A DNA stretch of 46,324 nt, the filler included, from Jimgerdemannia flammicorona (lineage: Eukaryota): assembly GCA_003990765.1 (NCBI GenBank). It is 2 parts of 2 records of this genome, joined end to end, with 100 filler letters (N's around TTAATTAATTAA, not from the genome) between each part and the next. Parts side by side here need not be neighbours in the genome. Positions count along the whole stretch, not along the records: positions 1 to 23,114 come from RBNJ01001156.1; positions 23,215 to 46,324 come from RBNJ01001157.1. The stretch is one strand, 5' to 3'. Below, in pieces: positions 10,182 through 23,364 of the stretch. A program made the position numbers and the translations under genes. Position 1 is the first letter of the stretch. Each line of letters opens with the position of its first letter. The notes beneath the pieces were generated by a model that did no database searches, was not told the DNA's origin, and saw nothing but the letters and a program-made list of their open reading frames with translations.

Positions 10182-13100
10182 TATAACAACTATTCTGACT
10201 ATAAGAGTCACCCCTGCAAGAATTCAAGACAAGATGGACATCCCCCCACATTCTATAGATATACTACTGAAGAGTCAATCCTGATCTTCATTGAAGACTT
10301 TGAACAATTTGCTGCTATATGAGTCCTCAATATAGATGCTCAATTGGCTCTTCTACTAGTCAGCCTCAGAGGACCTACCAGAGACAAGTTCAATACAACC
10401 ACCATTACTGATGTTAATGCAGCCAAACTTGCCAACATGAAGACCTTCCTCAGAACTATATACTATACTGAAGAGATCAAGCAAGCTCTTAAGGATTAAC
10501 TCAATACTATCTGCCAGAGACTTAGTGAAGATTCCAACTCATTCTATATCTGAATCTGCTACCAGATTTTCTTGGCTGACTATGATGATACCCTCAAGGA
10601 ACAAATAGCTGATTCAACCTTCCTCAAAGAAGTTCACTCTGAAATTGCCCTAGCAATCTGGTCTATTCCAGCTGCACTTACTCTTGATCAGAAAGTGGTC
10701 TTTATATAGAGATATTAGACTGTCAGATACCTAACTAAATACTTAATAGAGAAAATAACTGGCATCAAGATGGAGTCACAAAAGCTAACCAGTATTATAT
10801 CCACCATAGTTGTAAACAGACAACTATCTCCACCTACCCCCAAGGTAGCTAAAGTTGGCCCAGTGGAAGAACTTGCTAAGCAGTTTGCTGAGATGACTGC
10901 ACACCTTAGTGATGTTGTTAGAGAAGTCCAAAGTGCCAACAGGAGACCAGTATAGAGATTTGTAGTTGCTATAGAAGAATGCAATATCACATACTTCAGA
11001 TATGAAGAAGAAGGCAACTATACAAAGAGTTGTATGACTGAAACAAGATACAAAGCCCAACTAAGCAATACTATCAGAACTAGAGAACAAACCAATACAG
11101 TAGTCATTGAGGAGATTGGTGACACTGATGATGAAGAATATTATGAGGAGTCTGAATTCTACCCTATTACTGAAGATATCAGAAACTGCTCCAAGCCCTA
11201 TAACAAGAAGAGCAACAGTAAGCTAGTTGGAAGACCAAAGAAGACCCCAGCTATCACTATTCAAAGCAAGACCCAATCTGAGGAGATTGATCAAGACATA
11301 AAGTTAGATAAAGCTATCTGCCAAATTATTGAAGATATTACTCTAGTCTCAGGATAAGTGAAAGCAAGAAAGAACAGAAGCTATGCAAGACCAAAATCCA
11401 TTAGTATAATATTTACAAGGACCTCAAGGAATAGAAGGTCAATTCTACTTTTGAACAACTAGCTGAAGTCCCTGCCTTCAGACAGCAGTTAAGAGTAAGA
11501 CTTGCAATCACTGTCAAGAACTAAGAGTATAAGATCATAGAAGCTCACAATGTACAAAAAAATGAACAAGAAGACTCAGGTGAAAAATCTGAAGACCAGT
11601 GCAAGATATCAGCCTATACTCTATATCAGATTGAAGATTATATCTTTGATGCCATCATTGATACCAGTGCTGGAGGATACCTCATAAGCAAGAAGACAAT
11701 TGACTGCCTAGGCTGGGACATTGAAGAGTCCACCAAAATGGTCTATATCACAGCAGATAGTACATGAGCTACTCCCCTAGGCAAGATCTGAGAAGTCTCC
11801 ATCAAGATAGGAGGAGCTATCATCTCAGTAGATGTAATTGTTACAAGTGCCACCAACTATGATATCCTCATTGGCAACTAATAGCTTCATAAGGCCAAGG
11901 CTGTCATTGACCTCAATACCCAGAAGATATAGATTAACTATAGAGGAAGAAAGGTATGAGTCTCTATCAATGTCCACAAAGGAGTTCTACCAGACATGGA
12001 GAAAGGAGATGAATAGGACACAGAAGTCTTCATGCACTCAGTATATAAGAACAAGAGCAAGACACCCAAGCTCACAGATGAGCAGTGGTATAACAAGATT
12101 ACTGATGGCTATACTTCTCAAGGAAGATGCCTCCATAGTACTAGAATATACTATGCCAAATACCTGAATGACTACTGGTTCTATATTAGTGAAGTCAGAA
12201 AATTCCATCAATAAAAGCATTAGCAAGAAGCTACTGAAGCAAAAAAGAAAGCTGAAGAAGATGACCAGTCCCCAGAGCTTCAAGCTGATAGTAATAATGA
12301 GGAGAAACAAGAACCAGACATCACTTTCAAGGTCAAGAAGTTTTATTCTGAAGCTAAGATCTCAGAATACATATAAGACTGAAGGAGTTATAGGAATGGA
12401 CCTTGCCAGCATTCAAGATGCTATCCTCAAACCACAGACCACTACTCTACTTGACATAAGAATTGGAGTCAAGTTACCAGAGAACAATGCTAGAATTATC
12501 AAGATCAGGAGCAGTCTGACCAAGAGTGAAATCTTGATTAAAGGAGGAGTCACTGACTCTGATTATACTGGCAAGATCTTCCTCATAGTCAGGAACCACA
12601 ATCCCACCACTCCATTCAAAGTCAAGAAGTATGATAGAATTGGCCAGATACTGATCCATGGAGTCAAGAAGCCTAAGATCACTGAAGTCATCAAACTCAT
12701 CAAGACTAAGAGAGGAGAACAGACTTTGGATCTACTGGAAGAGGAGTCTATACTACTACCAAGATTACTGAACTTGAGCACAAGAAAGACAAGGACCAGA
12801 ATAAGCATACATATATCATTGGAGAAAACTTTTCCCTAGAAGAACAACTTCTCAAGATCCTATACCAGAATAAAGGAGTACTCACTACAGACTTCAGAGA
12901 CATCCACAATAAAGAACTCAAGTACTATCACAAAGTTGATACTGGTGATATCAAGCCCATCTATCAGAAAGCCAGACCCATACTATCTATCTACAGAGAA
13001 TGGCTGCAAGCAGAACTTAAGGAAATAGAAGAAGCTGGTATCATCAAGCAAGCTATTAGCCCCTGGGCTTCACTCATTATCCTTGCCCCAAAGAAAAGAA

Positions 13101-15463
13101 GCAAGCCTGGAGAGTTTGTCCCAAAACTCTGCATTGATTATAGGAAGCTCAATACAATCACTAAGAAGGATAAGCAGCCTTTGCCAAATATTCAAGAAAT
13201 TCTTACTATTCTTGGAAGTGAAGCCAAATACTATACTACCTTGGATCTGTTCTGAGACTTCCATCAGATCAGTCTCACTCAAGATGTCAGTAAGAAATCA
13301 GCCTTCATTACACCTGATATCACCTATGTCTACCTGCAAATGCTATTTGGAATGTGTAATATCTCAGCAAGTTTTCAGTGAATGATGAACAGAGTCTTTA
13401 GCAATAAGATTGGAAAATAGCTCTTTGTCTATATTGATGATGTGATCATCTGCAATAACAATGCACAGAAATATATCAACCATATACAGCTAGCTCTCAG
13501 AAAGCTCAAGGAGTATGACCTCTATATCAAGTTTAAGAAGTGTAAGTTTGCAGCTCAGGAAATCACCTACCTAGGACACATCATTAACCAGACTGGAATT
13601 TACATGGACCCTATGAAGATTGAGACTGTTGCAGCCTACCCAAGACCCAGAACAACTACAGAAGTCCATGTCTTCCTTGGACTGGTCTCCTACTATAGAA
13701 GATTTATCAAAGGATACTCCAATATTGCAGTACCTATCTACAAGCTACTGAAGAAGGAGACCAAATTCAAATGGACCAAGGAATGTCAAGAAACCTTCAA
13801 TGAACTCAAGACTAGGTTGACCCAAGCACCCATTCTTAAAAGACCAGATTATAACCTAGAATTCATCCTGCAGACAGATGTAAGTATTATAGAACTTGGA
13901 GCAGTCCTAGCTCAGAAGAAAGATGGACATGAATATGTCATCTCCTATGTAAGCCAAGGTACCCATGGAGTAGAACAGAACTATGAGTCATATAAGCTAG
14001 AATACTTAGTAGTAGTTTGAGTAGTAGACAGTTCCACTACCTTAGCTGAGAAATACTTCACTATTCAAACAGACCATTCTGCTCTTGCCTCGCTATTCTA
14101 TACTCTGAACCCCAAAGAAATATATGCCAGATAGATCTACAGACTGCAAGAGTATAACTGTACTATCAAGCACTGCTCAGGAAGAACCAATACCAATGCT
14201 GATGTACTCTCAAGGACACCCTGAAACACCTCCATCAAGACTATTCAATATGAATAAGAAGCTATACTATAGATTAATCAGCTACCTTAGGTAGTAGAAG
14301 ATGCCCAACTATCTCAAACCCTGGACTATCACCATCATCAACTAGACTTGGAAACTATTTGAACTAGATAACACTATACTCAGAAAAGGAGGAAAGCTCA
14401 TAATACCTGAACACAAGAAGTATCAAGTAGTGAAGGAAGTATATGAACAAGGATACCTAAGAGGAATTAATACATATGACAAGGCAAGAAGAACTATGTG
14501 GTGGCCTAAGATAGAAGAAGACCTGTACCAAATTGTCAAAGGGTGTGACAAGTACCAAAAACAGAAACAAGATCAGCAAGACCAGACATCTGAGTTATCA
14601 AGAATTGAGTCTATCCCCTTCTACCACATTACAATAGATATCATTAGACCACTACTAGTAATATTATCAGGAAACTACTACATTATAGTTATTGTAGACC
14701 TCTTTACCAAATAGATAGAAGCAGGAGCATTACAAGAAGCCAATGCTCTCTCTATAGTCAACTTTCTATACTGAGAAATTATCTACCACTACAAGACATC
14801 AGGGCAAATCACTACAGACTGCAGCACAGATTTTGTCAATGGATTCTATGAGATAATATATCAAAAATACAAGATTCAGCATATCAAGACCACTATGTAC
14901 CACTCTCAAGGAAATGGACAAATAGAAAGAACTAACAAAACTCTCAAGAACATCTTGGCAAAGATCTCAGACACATATGATAATTGAGATAACTACCTCC
15001 CAACTGCCCTCTCTGTCCTATGAGATATATGGTCACAGAGTACATACTTTACCCTAAGAGAACTGCTCTTTAGAGAAGAAGATTCTGATGGAACCTCAGC
15101 CATAAATCTAGACCTAACTTGGAGACAGATTGACTTAGAAATCCAGAGACTGCACCAAATCAGGAAGAAGACTGAAGATTATATCATCAAGTCACAAGCA
15201 CTGATAAGGAAGAATGCAGAAAAGAATTACAAGACCCTAGAACCCATCCAAATTTGAGAAAAGATTCTACTGTATCAAAATATAGTAGAAGCCTCATACT
15301 GGAGCCCAAATGAGAAGGACTCTTCTACATACAAGATATCAAGGGAACTATCTTCTGGCTTAGAAAACTCTCAGAGACTATACTGCCTACTATGGTATAC
15401 AGGAATAGACTCAAGAAGTACTATGAACCTATAAGAGAAGCAAAACATGATGACTGCCCATGA
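10182..15463 (+). pseudogene. Degenerate gag-pol of copy B
   Basis: Gag PTF..FIEDFEQFAA..SLRGP, mutated CCHC knuckle (10992-11033), DAIIDTS(G)AG protease (~11648), YIDD RT (13430-13441), FILQTDVS RNase H, integrase, EGLF (GPF) at ~15314. Confidence 0.92.
12326..12739 (+). pseudogene. dut: dUTPase domain of copy B
   Basis: GVIGMDL, IRSSL, GGVTDSDYTG, DRIGQ, RGEQ/DFGSTG. Confidence 0.9.
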
Positions 15464-15790
15464 GGTTCTAGTCCATGAATCATAACAGCATATCCTATAA
15501 CTAGCAGGCAATCTGTCTAGACCATTCTCTAAGGGATATAGTACCAGCAACTACTCATCTATGAGACTTTCAGAGCCAGAAGAGTTTGAACTATCAACTA
15601 ATTAGTCAAGATCAGAATCAGGCCCTTGCTCTATTTGAAGAGAGTGATACTTCACCATCATATCATAATATATAGAGAAGATACCAGCTCATAAATACTA
15701 CTTTTCGACCCCCTGCCAGAGGTTATGAGATCAGCAATTTTTTTTAGACTGGACCAATGAATAAGGATATATAAGAGAAGATTCTTATTT

Positions 15791-15800
15791 AGAAGGAAGA
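15791..15800 (+). other. Polypurine tract of copy B
   Basis: AGAAGGAAGA directly followed by TGTAAT. Confidence 0.8.
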
Positions 15801-17338
15801 TGTAATAGTAATCTCAGAATGATAACATTATTACAGGAGACAGTCTTTCCTTATAAGCTATCAGATTGGAGCATAAGAAGATCATACAGCATAACTCACC
15901 CAGGCTATGAGATGAGCAATGATGACCAACCATGAGTCATCATGACTACAAGATAGACATCTTGAGGAATATAAAAAAAGGATCAAGAAACCACAGTAGC
16001 AGCAACTCAAACAAGGCTCACAGAAATAGTTCAAAAAGACTTACCACTAACAAAATGTCTGCTACTCACCAAACCTTGAGGTCCAGGAACCACCAAGGCC
16101 TCTCAGTTTAGAAAAGAATGTTCTAAGACATCAGAAGAGCTATGAGGACCTACACAAGAAAGACTTCTAGCCTCAACCTGGGTACTGGTAACTCTTATCA
16201 TCATATCCTCTACTATCATAAAATGGAAACAAGGATCACTATCACTACTGAATACCTCTGGATGTGGCAGGAATATGAAATAGGAAACCTCCTCTGCCAG
16301 GAATTCCTTCAGGCCAGTCACCAAGAAATATAAGATGCCACTCCTATAGATATATGTGAAATAAGGATAGCTAAGAAGATTTATCAGATCTTCAGGCATG
16401 CACCATGATCAATCCCCAACTTGGAGTACTCTAGAATCTCAGACTTCAAGGAACTGTCAGCCTGCTATACCAATGTACTGAAGGCCATGGTGGCTACAGA
16501 AGTCCAGTCCACTATCACCCTCAATAGTGATGAGGTAAAAGAGTTCTGAAATTCCATTCTCCAGATCCAGATCAATTCCTGTAAGGATTGATCTCAGCAT
16601 TCCAAGACCCCAGTATCCAGGTTAGACCTCCCCAAGACCCCACATTTGTTCTTTATTTTGTAGAAGAGAATGTCATAGATTGGAGAGCCTCCACCACTAC
16701 CAAACATGATGACATCATTGGCAATGATGTCATCCCATGTGATATATGCAAAATGGACAAAATATTCATGGATCTCATTTCCTTCAATAGTGACAAAGAT
16801 GAAGCCTCCATAGTTCTGAACATTCTTGCTCTAAGTTCTTGGTGATACTGAATTCTACCAGTATCCTTTTTCTGTATAACTGTTATTCTTCTGGCATTCT
16901 GATCTTACATAACTCAGAAATTCTTCTGGTATTCTTTTTCTATACCACTGAGATCTACTGGTATCCTGAACTTATACAATCATTTGTACAGATACTTGAA
17001 TTTGTACTTACAACTGTAGTTTTCTGTATTCTAGTATTTTATTTGATTATTAGACTTTATATTTAGCTTTATAACTTAGCAACCATTGAATTATATTTTG
17101 TATAAATATCTCTCTTATTTTCTTTAAAATAAAGTCAGTCAAGTTCACTTACACTCAATTCCATACAAGCAATCTAAAAGATAACAAGACAGTTTAAAGA
17201 TAAGAAGTTTGAGGACTATAAGACCTTGGGAAGGCACTTCAATAAGAACTTACTTATAACAAACTTGTGGTTAGTCTAAGAGATATACCTTGAAGAGAAT
17301 ATGATATATTTGAAGGACTTGGTGACTACTATATAATA
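15801..17338 (+). repeat. 3' LTR of copy B
   Basis: Direct repeat of 8579-10113, differing mostly by transitions. Confidence 0.88.
16055..16834 (+). pseudogene. LTR-encoded accessory ORF in the 3' LTR of copy B
   Basis: ATG at 16055 (MSATHQTLRSRNHQ...); same protein as 8833-9615, with stops, a 4-nt deletion near 16564 and a 1-nt insertion near the end. Confidence 0.75.
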
Positions 17339-17435
17339 TTATATTTATAATAGATGAGTTTCTTATTCTAATAATCTTAGAGAAATATTCAGGATACTTA
17401 TATCTTTTGAGGCAGATGAGATATTCTTAGGCTTG
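17339..17435 (-). mobile_element. Continuation of the family 2 fragment right of copy B
   Basis: TTTCTTATTCTAATAATCTTAGAGAAATATTCAGGATACTTATATCTTTTGAGGCAG is the transition-mutated reverse complement of ~31760-31850. Confidence 0.75.
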
Positions 17436-17529
17436 CACATCTTTCTCTAGTAATATTCAGGTTACACAACCTTCTAACAACACTCACAATACAGTTTTTA
17501 AAGAAACAATACTAGTAATATAGCAAGCA

Positions 17530-19473
17530 ATGAGTATTCCAAGATGTATACTGGGTAGAGGGGCCCAAGTATATTCAACTAACAATATGTGGGGAGGGGC
17601 TCTAGCTTGGGAGAAGCATGAGGGGCTGCTGGTGGGTAGATGTGGAAGGAGAGGGAGTAGTATTGGAGGACAGAGAATCAGAAGAGTGAGCTTTGTGAAT
17701 AAGGTAAAGGAGAGACAGCTGGCAACTAGACTAGAGGGTTGGCTGAGGATGGGCAAGGAGGAGGCAAAGACTGTGAGGCAGCAGCAGCAGGGGGGAGTCT
17801 CTCTGGAGGGCCAGAGTAGTGGGGCTAGTGGTGTAGTGGCTGAGGGGGTGACTGCTGATGAGAGCATGATAGGCAATCTGGAAAAAAATCCAGATGAGAC
17901 TACTGATAGTGGACTGGATGATGGGAAGGGCACAAGGCCTAGTAACCTGGCTGATAGTATAACAAGTCTGGTGGTGGCCCCATTACTCAAGAAGTTGATC
18001 TCAGAGTTTGTAGTTACCTTATGCTTCCAGGGCTTGGTAGTGACAGTAAAAATGGTTTTGAGGCTAATTACTAAGCAGATAAATAGTGCAGCATCTGTTA
18101 AGTTTCTGAGGGGCCTGAAAGGGGTAGAGGTGGGCTTTGAGAAGACAGGACTATTGGAGAATATACTGAAGGCTGGGTTGACTATGTGTTCTGATGGTGC
18201 ACTACTTGAGGTGGAATCCCAGAGTGGTGTAGTTTCTAGTGAAAGGAGTTTCCATGATGACTGCTATGGAGATGAGAAGGAGAGTGAAAGAAGTCATGGC
18301 TGAGTATAGGGAGGTGGTTGATGTAGGGTTCAGGGTCTGGGAAGGGACCTCTTTCTGGACAGAGAATGTTGACATCTGGATTTAGTTGGCAGAGAGGGTG
18401 GGGAGCCTTTGTGTACAAGGTGATAAGGGTGAAGGAGAGTGAGGAGGAGGAAGAGGACCTGTTGGAGGCACTGGAGGAGCTGAGTAGTGTAGTGAAGCAG
18501 AGGGCAAAGACTTGAAAGGCATATATAGAGTTAATCTACTTGGAGATTGTGGATGGGAGGCATATCCACATTGACAAGAGAATGTGGGAGAGATCCCAAG
18601 AGCACAAGAGGTAGAGAAAGTTGCTGGCAAATCTGAAGGAAAAGATGATAAAGGTTGCTAGTGGTATTGAGGTTACTGGAGGAGCTAGGGTGAGTGTCTG
18701 GACCAGTGGACATAGAGGGAATATAGAGGTGAGTCCAGAGGAGGCTGGGAAGGCACCAAGCAAGGACCCATATAAGGATAGTACTTTTGAAGTCTGGGAG
18801 GATACTCTTCCTCTTCTTATCAGGTAGAGACTAGCTATGAGGGACTGGGTGAGAGAGAATGTACCAATGCATGGTGCCCAGTGAGTGCACTTTGGAGTTT
18901 CTGAGGTAGTGAAAGGGGGATAGGTGGTGGCAGTAGGTGAGGATGAACTGGTGGAGGAGTGGGATGAGACTGCAAGTGTAGGAGCAGATATCTCAATAAT
19001 GGGTGAAGGAAGGCTAGGGAGGAGAGAGGTGGGAAATCTTCAATGAATGTGCTGGATGATGAATAACTTAGTGGCTGAGGAGTTGGGAGAAGTGAACTTG
19101 AGAGTAATGAGTGATGAGTATTGGGCATAGATCCTATATAGTGATGGAGTGGTAGAGGCTCTGAAGACAGAGGTACTTGTAGTTTTCTTGGAGGAGGAGG
19201 GGTATGAGGTCAATAAGAGGAGAGAGGCAGAGCTGGTGGTTGCTGTTGGAGAGCAGGCTGCTCTCTGGTGGGCAGAGCATCATAGATTGTAGCTCTGGCA
19301 GGAGGCCTGCCTAGAGTATTGTAAGGACTTTGAGGAAAAGGAGAATGGGAAACTAACTGAACTTCTGACTGGATTGGAGGTGAAGAGAGTTGAAGAGGAG
19401 GAGGTGGCTGGGGAATATAACTTGGACTTGGCATAGGAGGAGATGAATATAGAGTTGTAGAGGATATGCATAA
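17530..19473 (+). pseudogene. LINE ORF1 (degenerate)
   Basis: Position upstream of the APE; the SF(A)(D)KVK motif is shared with the copy at 1-284. End approximate. Confidence 0.65.
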
Positions 19474-19491
19474 CTCTGAATATTATTTTTT

Positions 19492-22400
19492 ATGAATAGT
19501 ACAACAAATATTTTTTCTTTGAATGTGAATGGGCTGCAGGGTTTGGTTAGGCATTAGAACATTTTTACTTAGCTGAAAGGCTTGGAAGCTGATCTCTTTT
19601 TCTTATAGAATGTTAGATATGAAGATGACTTGGACAGTCTGCAATAGATGAAGGAATGGGGAGGTGTGGTAGTTTGGAAGAGCAAGGTTGGGATCTTAGT
19701 CCAGAGAGACAGAGGGAAGATACAAGAGTCTGGGAGCTGGGGTGATAGGCTGATCTGGGGAGAGTAGATTTGACCAGATTGGGAGCTAGTTACAGTGGGC
19801 TCCTACTACTGCCCTGCTGTATATGGTGAGAGAGTGGATTGGGTGAAGGGACTTCTGGAGAGTGGGGCCCTCACAGAGGCTGGAGTGGACATTCTTAGAG
19901 AGGACTTTAATATGGTCCAGGATATATAGGTGGATAGGACTGATGGAGGGCAGGGAGCTGAGAGTAGGAGCAGGGGTCTAGTGGCATGTGAGGAAGTAGA
20001 GAGGCTAAGCTCCCTAGTAGACACTGGCAGGGGGTTCTGGGAAGATAGGAAGATTTATATGCACTGGATAAATAGGTTAGAGATAAGGATTGACTGAATG
20101 CTGATGGTAAACTACTAGGGGTTGGATGTTTGGAAATCATTGGAAGCTGAGTGGTGTCCATAGTCTGATCACTGGAGGTTGTTGGGGCAGAGTTACTTTG
20201 GGGGAAGTGGAGATAGGTCTGGACATTGGTGCCTTAATTCCTCCTTATTAGCCAAGAAGAAGTTGTGGGTTAAGTAGGTAGGGGACATTCAGCAGAGATT
20301 GGAGGGTTGGGTATGGGAAGGGGCCTCAGTGGATATTCATTGGGTGAGGCTAAAGGAGGCTGCTAAGGTTTACTGAAGTGTAGCAGACAAGGTAGCAGGA
20401 AGATAGAGGAGGAGGAGGATAACCTAGGCCTCTGCTAGATTGGCTGACCTCTTAGAAGATTGGGTGGGGCTCTTGGCCCTGGTGGGGGTAGAGGATTGGA
20501 GGGTGATAAGGGCAAAGCTGGAGATTGTGGAGTTACAACAGGTATTGCAAGAGGAGGAGGAGATACAGGTGCAGGGTTTGGCTGCATAGCTATGCTGGCA
20601 GAGGCTGGAGGAGGGGAAGAGGCCCTCTAAGTACCTTTTCAGGTCCCTTTGGGTGAGAAGAGTGAGACAGCAGTAGGAGGGAGTCTTCAATTCTGATGGG
20701 CTACTAGTGCATAGTTTGCAGGATATTCTGGGCTTGCTGAAGGAGAGGTGGAGTAGTTTGTAGAGTGAGGAGGAGAGTGGAGCTGATGCTACTACCATAG
20801 AACATGTTCTGGAGGAATGGTACCCACTGCAAGCAGATGGGCTAGGCAACTTAGTAGTGCCAGTACAGGAGGAGGAAATTTGCCAGGTTCTTGCTATAAC
20901 TATGCCAGGTACAGCACCAGGAGAGGATGGTCTGCCCTAGGACTTTTGGAAGAAGATGGTAGAGATCCCTGGAGTGCTGGGAGAGATGATAGTGCTTTAT
21001 GACTTAGTACTATAGTTAGGAAAGTAGGTGGGTGAGCAGGATCTGGGGCTGATGGCACTGCTTTTTAAGGACAAGGATAGGAGAGAAGACTGGAAGAACT
21101 GATGGCCTATTATGCTTCTGGATATGGATAGGAAGTTGGTCACTAAGGTAGTGATAGCAAGGCTGCAGAAGGTAACTCAACAGGTCTTGAGAGAGGAGCA
21201 GCAAGACTTTGTAGGGGGCTGACTTATTAGAAATGATATGGCATGAGTGTATGGCATTATTGAAGGAGTATGAGTCTGTGGTCTAGATGGGAGATTGGTC
21301 TTCTTGGATCAGGAGAAGGTGTATGATCATGTTCAGCAGGTCTGGCTGGCAAAGGTCTTAGATAGGATTGGTATCCCTCAGTAGTTCAGAGAGACAATGA
21401 TCAGTCTGTTAGAAGAGAGCAGGGCAGTACTTATATATAATAGATATAGAGGGGTGGCATTTACCCTGGAAAGGGGTGTTCTCCAGGGGAACCCACTGTC
21501 TTCTATTTTGTATAATCTGTTCTTAGAGCCATTGATGGATAGAATTCAGAGGAAGATTGTAGGGCTCTCAGTATTTGGTGTTGTGTGGAAAGTTGGAGCC
21601 TTTGCAGATAATATAGTAGTTGGTCTGGATTTGATTGCTGATATCAAAGAACTCCAGGAAACAGTGGAGTGATATGAGACACACTCTGGAGTGAAACTTA
21701 ACTGGCACAAGTATGAAACAATGGTGTTAGGCAATGGTCTGGTGGGAGGGGATATCATTGGAACAATTGTTCCTGCAGGAGAGACAGTGAGATACTTGGG
21801 CATCTTTCTCTCAGTATATGGGTCAATCCTACCAAGACCTTGGTGGAAGTAGTGGGTGGTGATCTGGGGGGAGACCCTGTGGAGTTGGGGAGGACACTAC
21901 TTGTCTTTGGTGAGGTACATTATAATTTTGAATATCTACTGGCTGCCAAAGTTATAGTACTTAGTATATCATCTGGACTTTCTGGCCTGGGTGGTAAAGA
22001 GGTTACTGAAGCTGGCCAAGGATTGGATCTGGGCTGGAAGAAGAAGTCAGATTGGCTGAGAAATCTTGTCATTGCTGGTGGCTAGAGGAGGACTTAGTCT
22101 GGTTGACTTCTCAAAGAGGCTACATTGCCTGAGAGTATAGTGGCTGAGGAGAGCAGTAGAACTGAGAGGTAGTGGCTGGGTTCTGCTGATGCAGAAGGTC
22201 TGAGAGATAAGGTGCTCACTAAGAGAGTCCACTGGAGATCTACTATCCTTAGTTGGGCTTCAAGATAGTAGATACATGTAGTATAGGGGCTTCTGGTGGA
22301 GTGTAGTTGGTGGGGCTCACTGTATTGGAATTTGCTAGCAAGGGGATGAAGGGGAGATATCTTGGGGCCTGGTGATATAGAGATGAGATCAAGTATTATT

Positions 22401-23111
22401 GAGAGGCACTCTCCTTATAGACTTTGATATTGGTGATGGGGTTGAATGCCAGTGGGGGTTGGGACAAAATGCATGGCCTAGCAATTAGCAGATAGTAGGT
22501 ATTAGAGAGGAGTGAGACTGGAATGGGGTCTGGGCCTGGAGTGCAGAGATATGGTAATAGTTACCACCTAAATACTGAGTGGTCTGGTAGTGCATACTGT
22601 GGAGAAATATTATACTCAACTTCCACTCAGGCCATCTGGTAGAGGGAGGGAGCTTCAACTGTAAGAAGTGTTATAATATAGAACAGGAAGGGGATTTTGT
22701 ACAGATGCCTAAACATTGGCTGGGGGAGTATGAGATACTTGAGGACTTTTGGTTAGTAGTTGGGAATCACTTGAGAGTGGTAAGAAGGGGAGATGGTGAG
22801 AGGAGTAGATGGGAGGATCTGAGGGATATATTGGTGGGGGAGGTTGGGAAGGAGTGGCTCACTTTGGGTTGGGTGTTGGTAGTTTGAGTGAGGCTAACAG
22901 GTCACTGGTTGTTTGTTTTTGAAGAAGAGAGGTATATGAGTTTGGGGGAGCAGTTGCTGAGGTAGGAAGGGTTGATGGTAGACATTTTAACAGACTGATA
23001 GCTGGGGTGGGGTCTGCAGAGTAGTTGGTGATACTGTTTGGTAGAGAAAATCTATAGGTAGAGTGAGGAGAGAGTTGGAGTAGTGGGTGAAAGAGTGGTA
23101 TTCAAGCATAA
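19492..23111 (+). pseudogene. LINE ORF2: AP endonuclease + reverse transcriptase (degenerate)
   Basis: FSLNVNGL, EDFN (GDFN), SDH (20164), WCLNSSLL, APGEDGLP, N*WPIMLL, FLDQEKVYD, GVLQGNPLS, AFADN (YADD site), VRYLGI, C-terminal CKKC. Confidence 0.92.
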
Positions 23112-23114
23112 GAG

Positions 23115-23214
23115 NNNNNNNNNNNNNNNNNNNNNNNNNNNNNNNNNNNNNNNNNNNNTTAATTAATTAANNNNNNNNNNNNNNNNNNNNNNNNNNNNNN
23201 NNNNNNNNNNNNNN
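23115..23214. other. Artificial contig/scaffold linker
   Basis: 44 N + TTAATTAATTAA + 44 N = 100 bp; the palindromic 12-mer gives stops in all six frames. Confidence 0.95.
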
Positions 23215-23355
23215 GGGTGGCGGCGGAGGTGGTGGAGGGAGCGGCGGGGGCAGCGGGGGTGGCGGCGGAGCCGGTGGAGGGAGCGGCGTGGGCGGCGGGA
23301 GGTGGCGGGAGCGGCGGGGGGGGCGGTGTGGACGGCGGTGGCGGGAACCGGGGGT
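23215..23355. repeat. GC-rich low-complexity/tandem repeat (~42-bp unit x2), possibly Pro/Ala/Thr-rich coding on the minus strand
   Basis: GGGTGGCGGCGGAG..GGTGGAGGGAGCGGCG is repeated; the minus strand can read AAPSTGSAATPAAPAAPSTTSAAT. Confidence 0.5.
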
Positions 23356-23364
23356 GTATATGGT

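Larger units (their letters stand above)
8579..17338 (+). mobile_element. Full-length Ty3/gypsy family 1, copy B (8.76 kb)
   Basis: Two ~1.54-kb LTRs, PBS, gag-PR-dUTPase-RT-RH-IN and PPT. Flanks ctac / ttat are compatible with a 4-bp TSD (CTGC in the host family-2 sequence) after transitions. Host sequence continues on both sides. Confidence 0.95.
17436..23114 (+). mobile_element. L1-clade (Tx1-like) non-LTR retrotransposon, degenerate, 5' end intact, 3' end at the gap
   Basis: ORF1 ~17530-19473 and ORF2 ~19492-23111 with APE and RT motifs; strongly G-rich sense strand. Confidence 0.92.

Noticed and set aside
18236..22232. Numerous short Pro/Ser/Leu-rich minus-strand ORFs
   Set aside because: Antisense shadows of the G-rich LINE.
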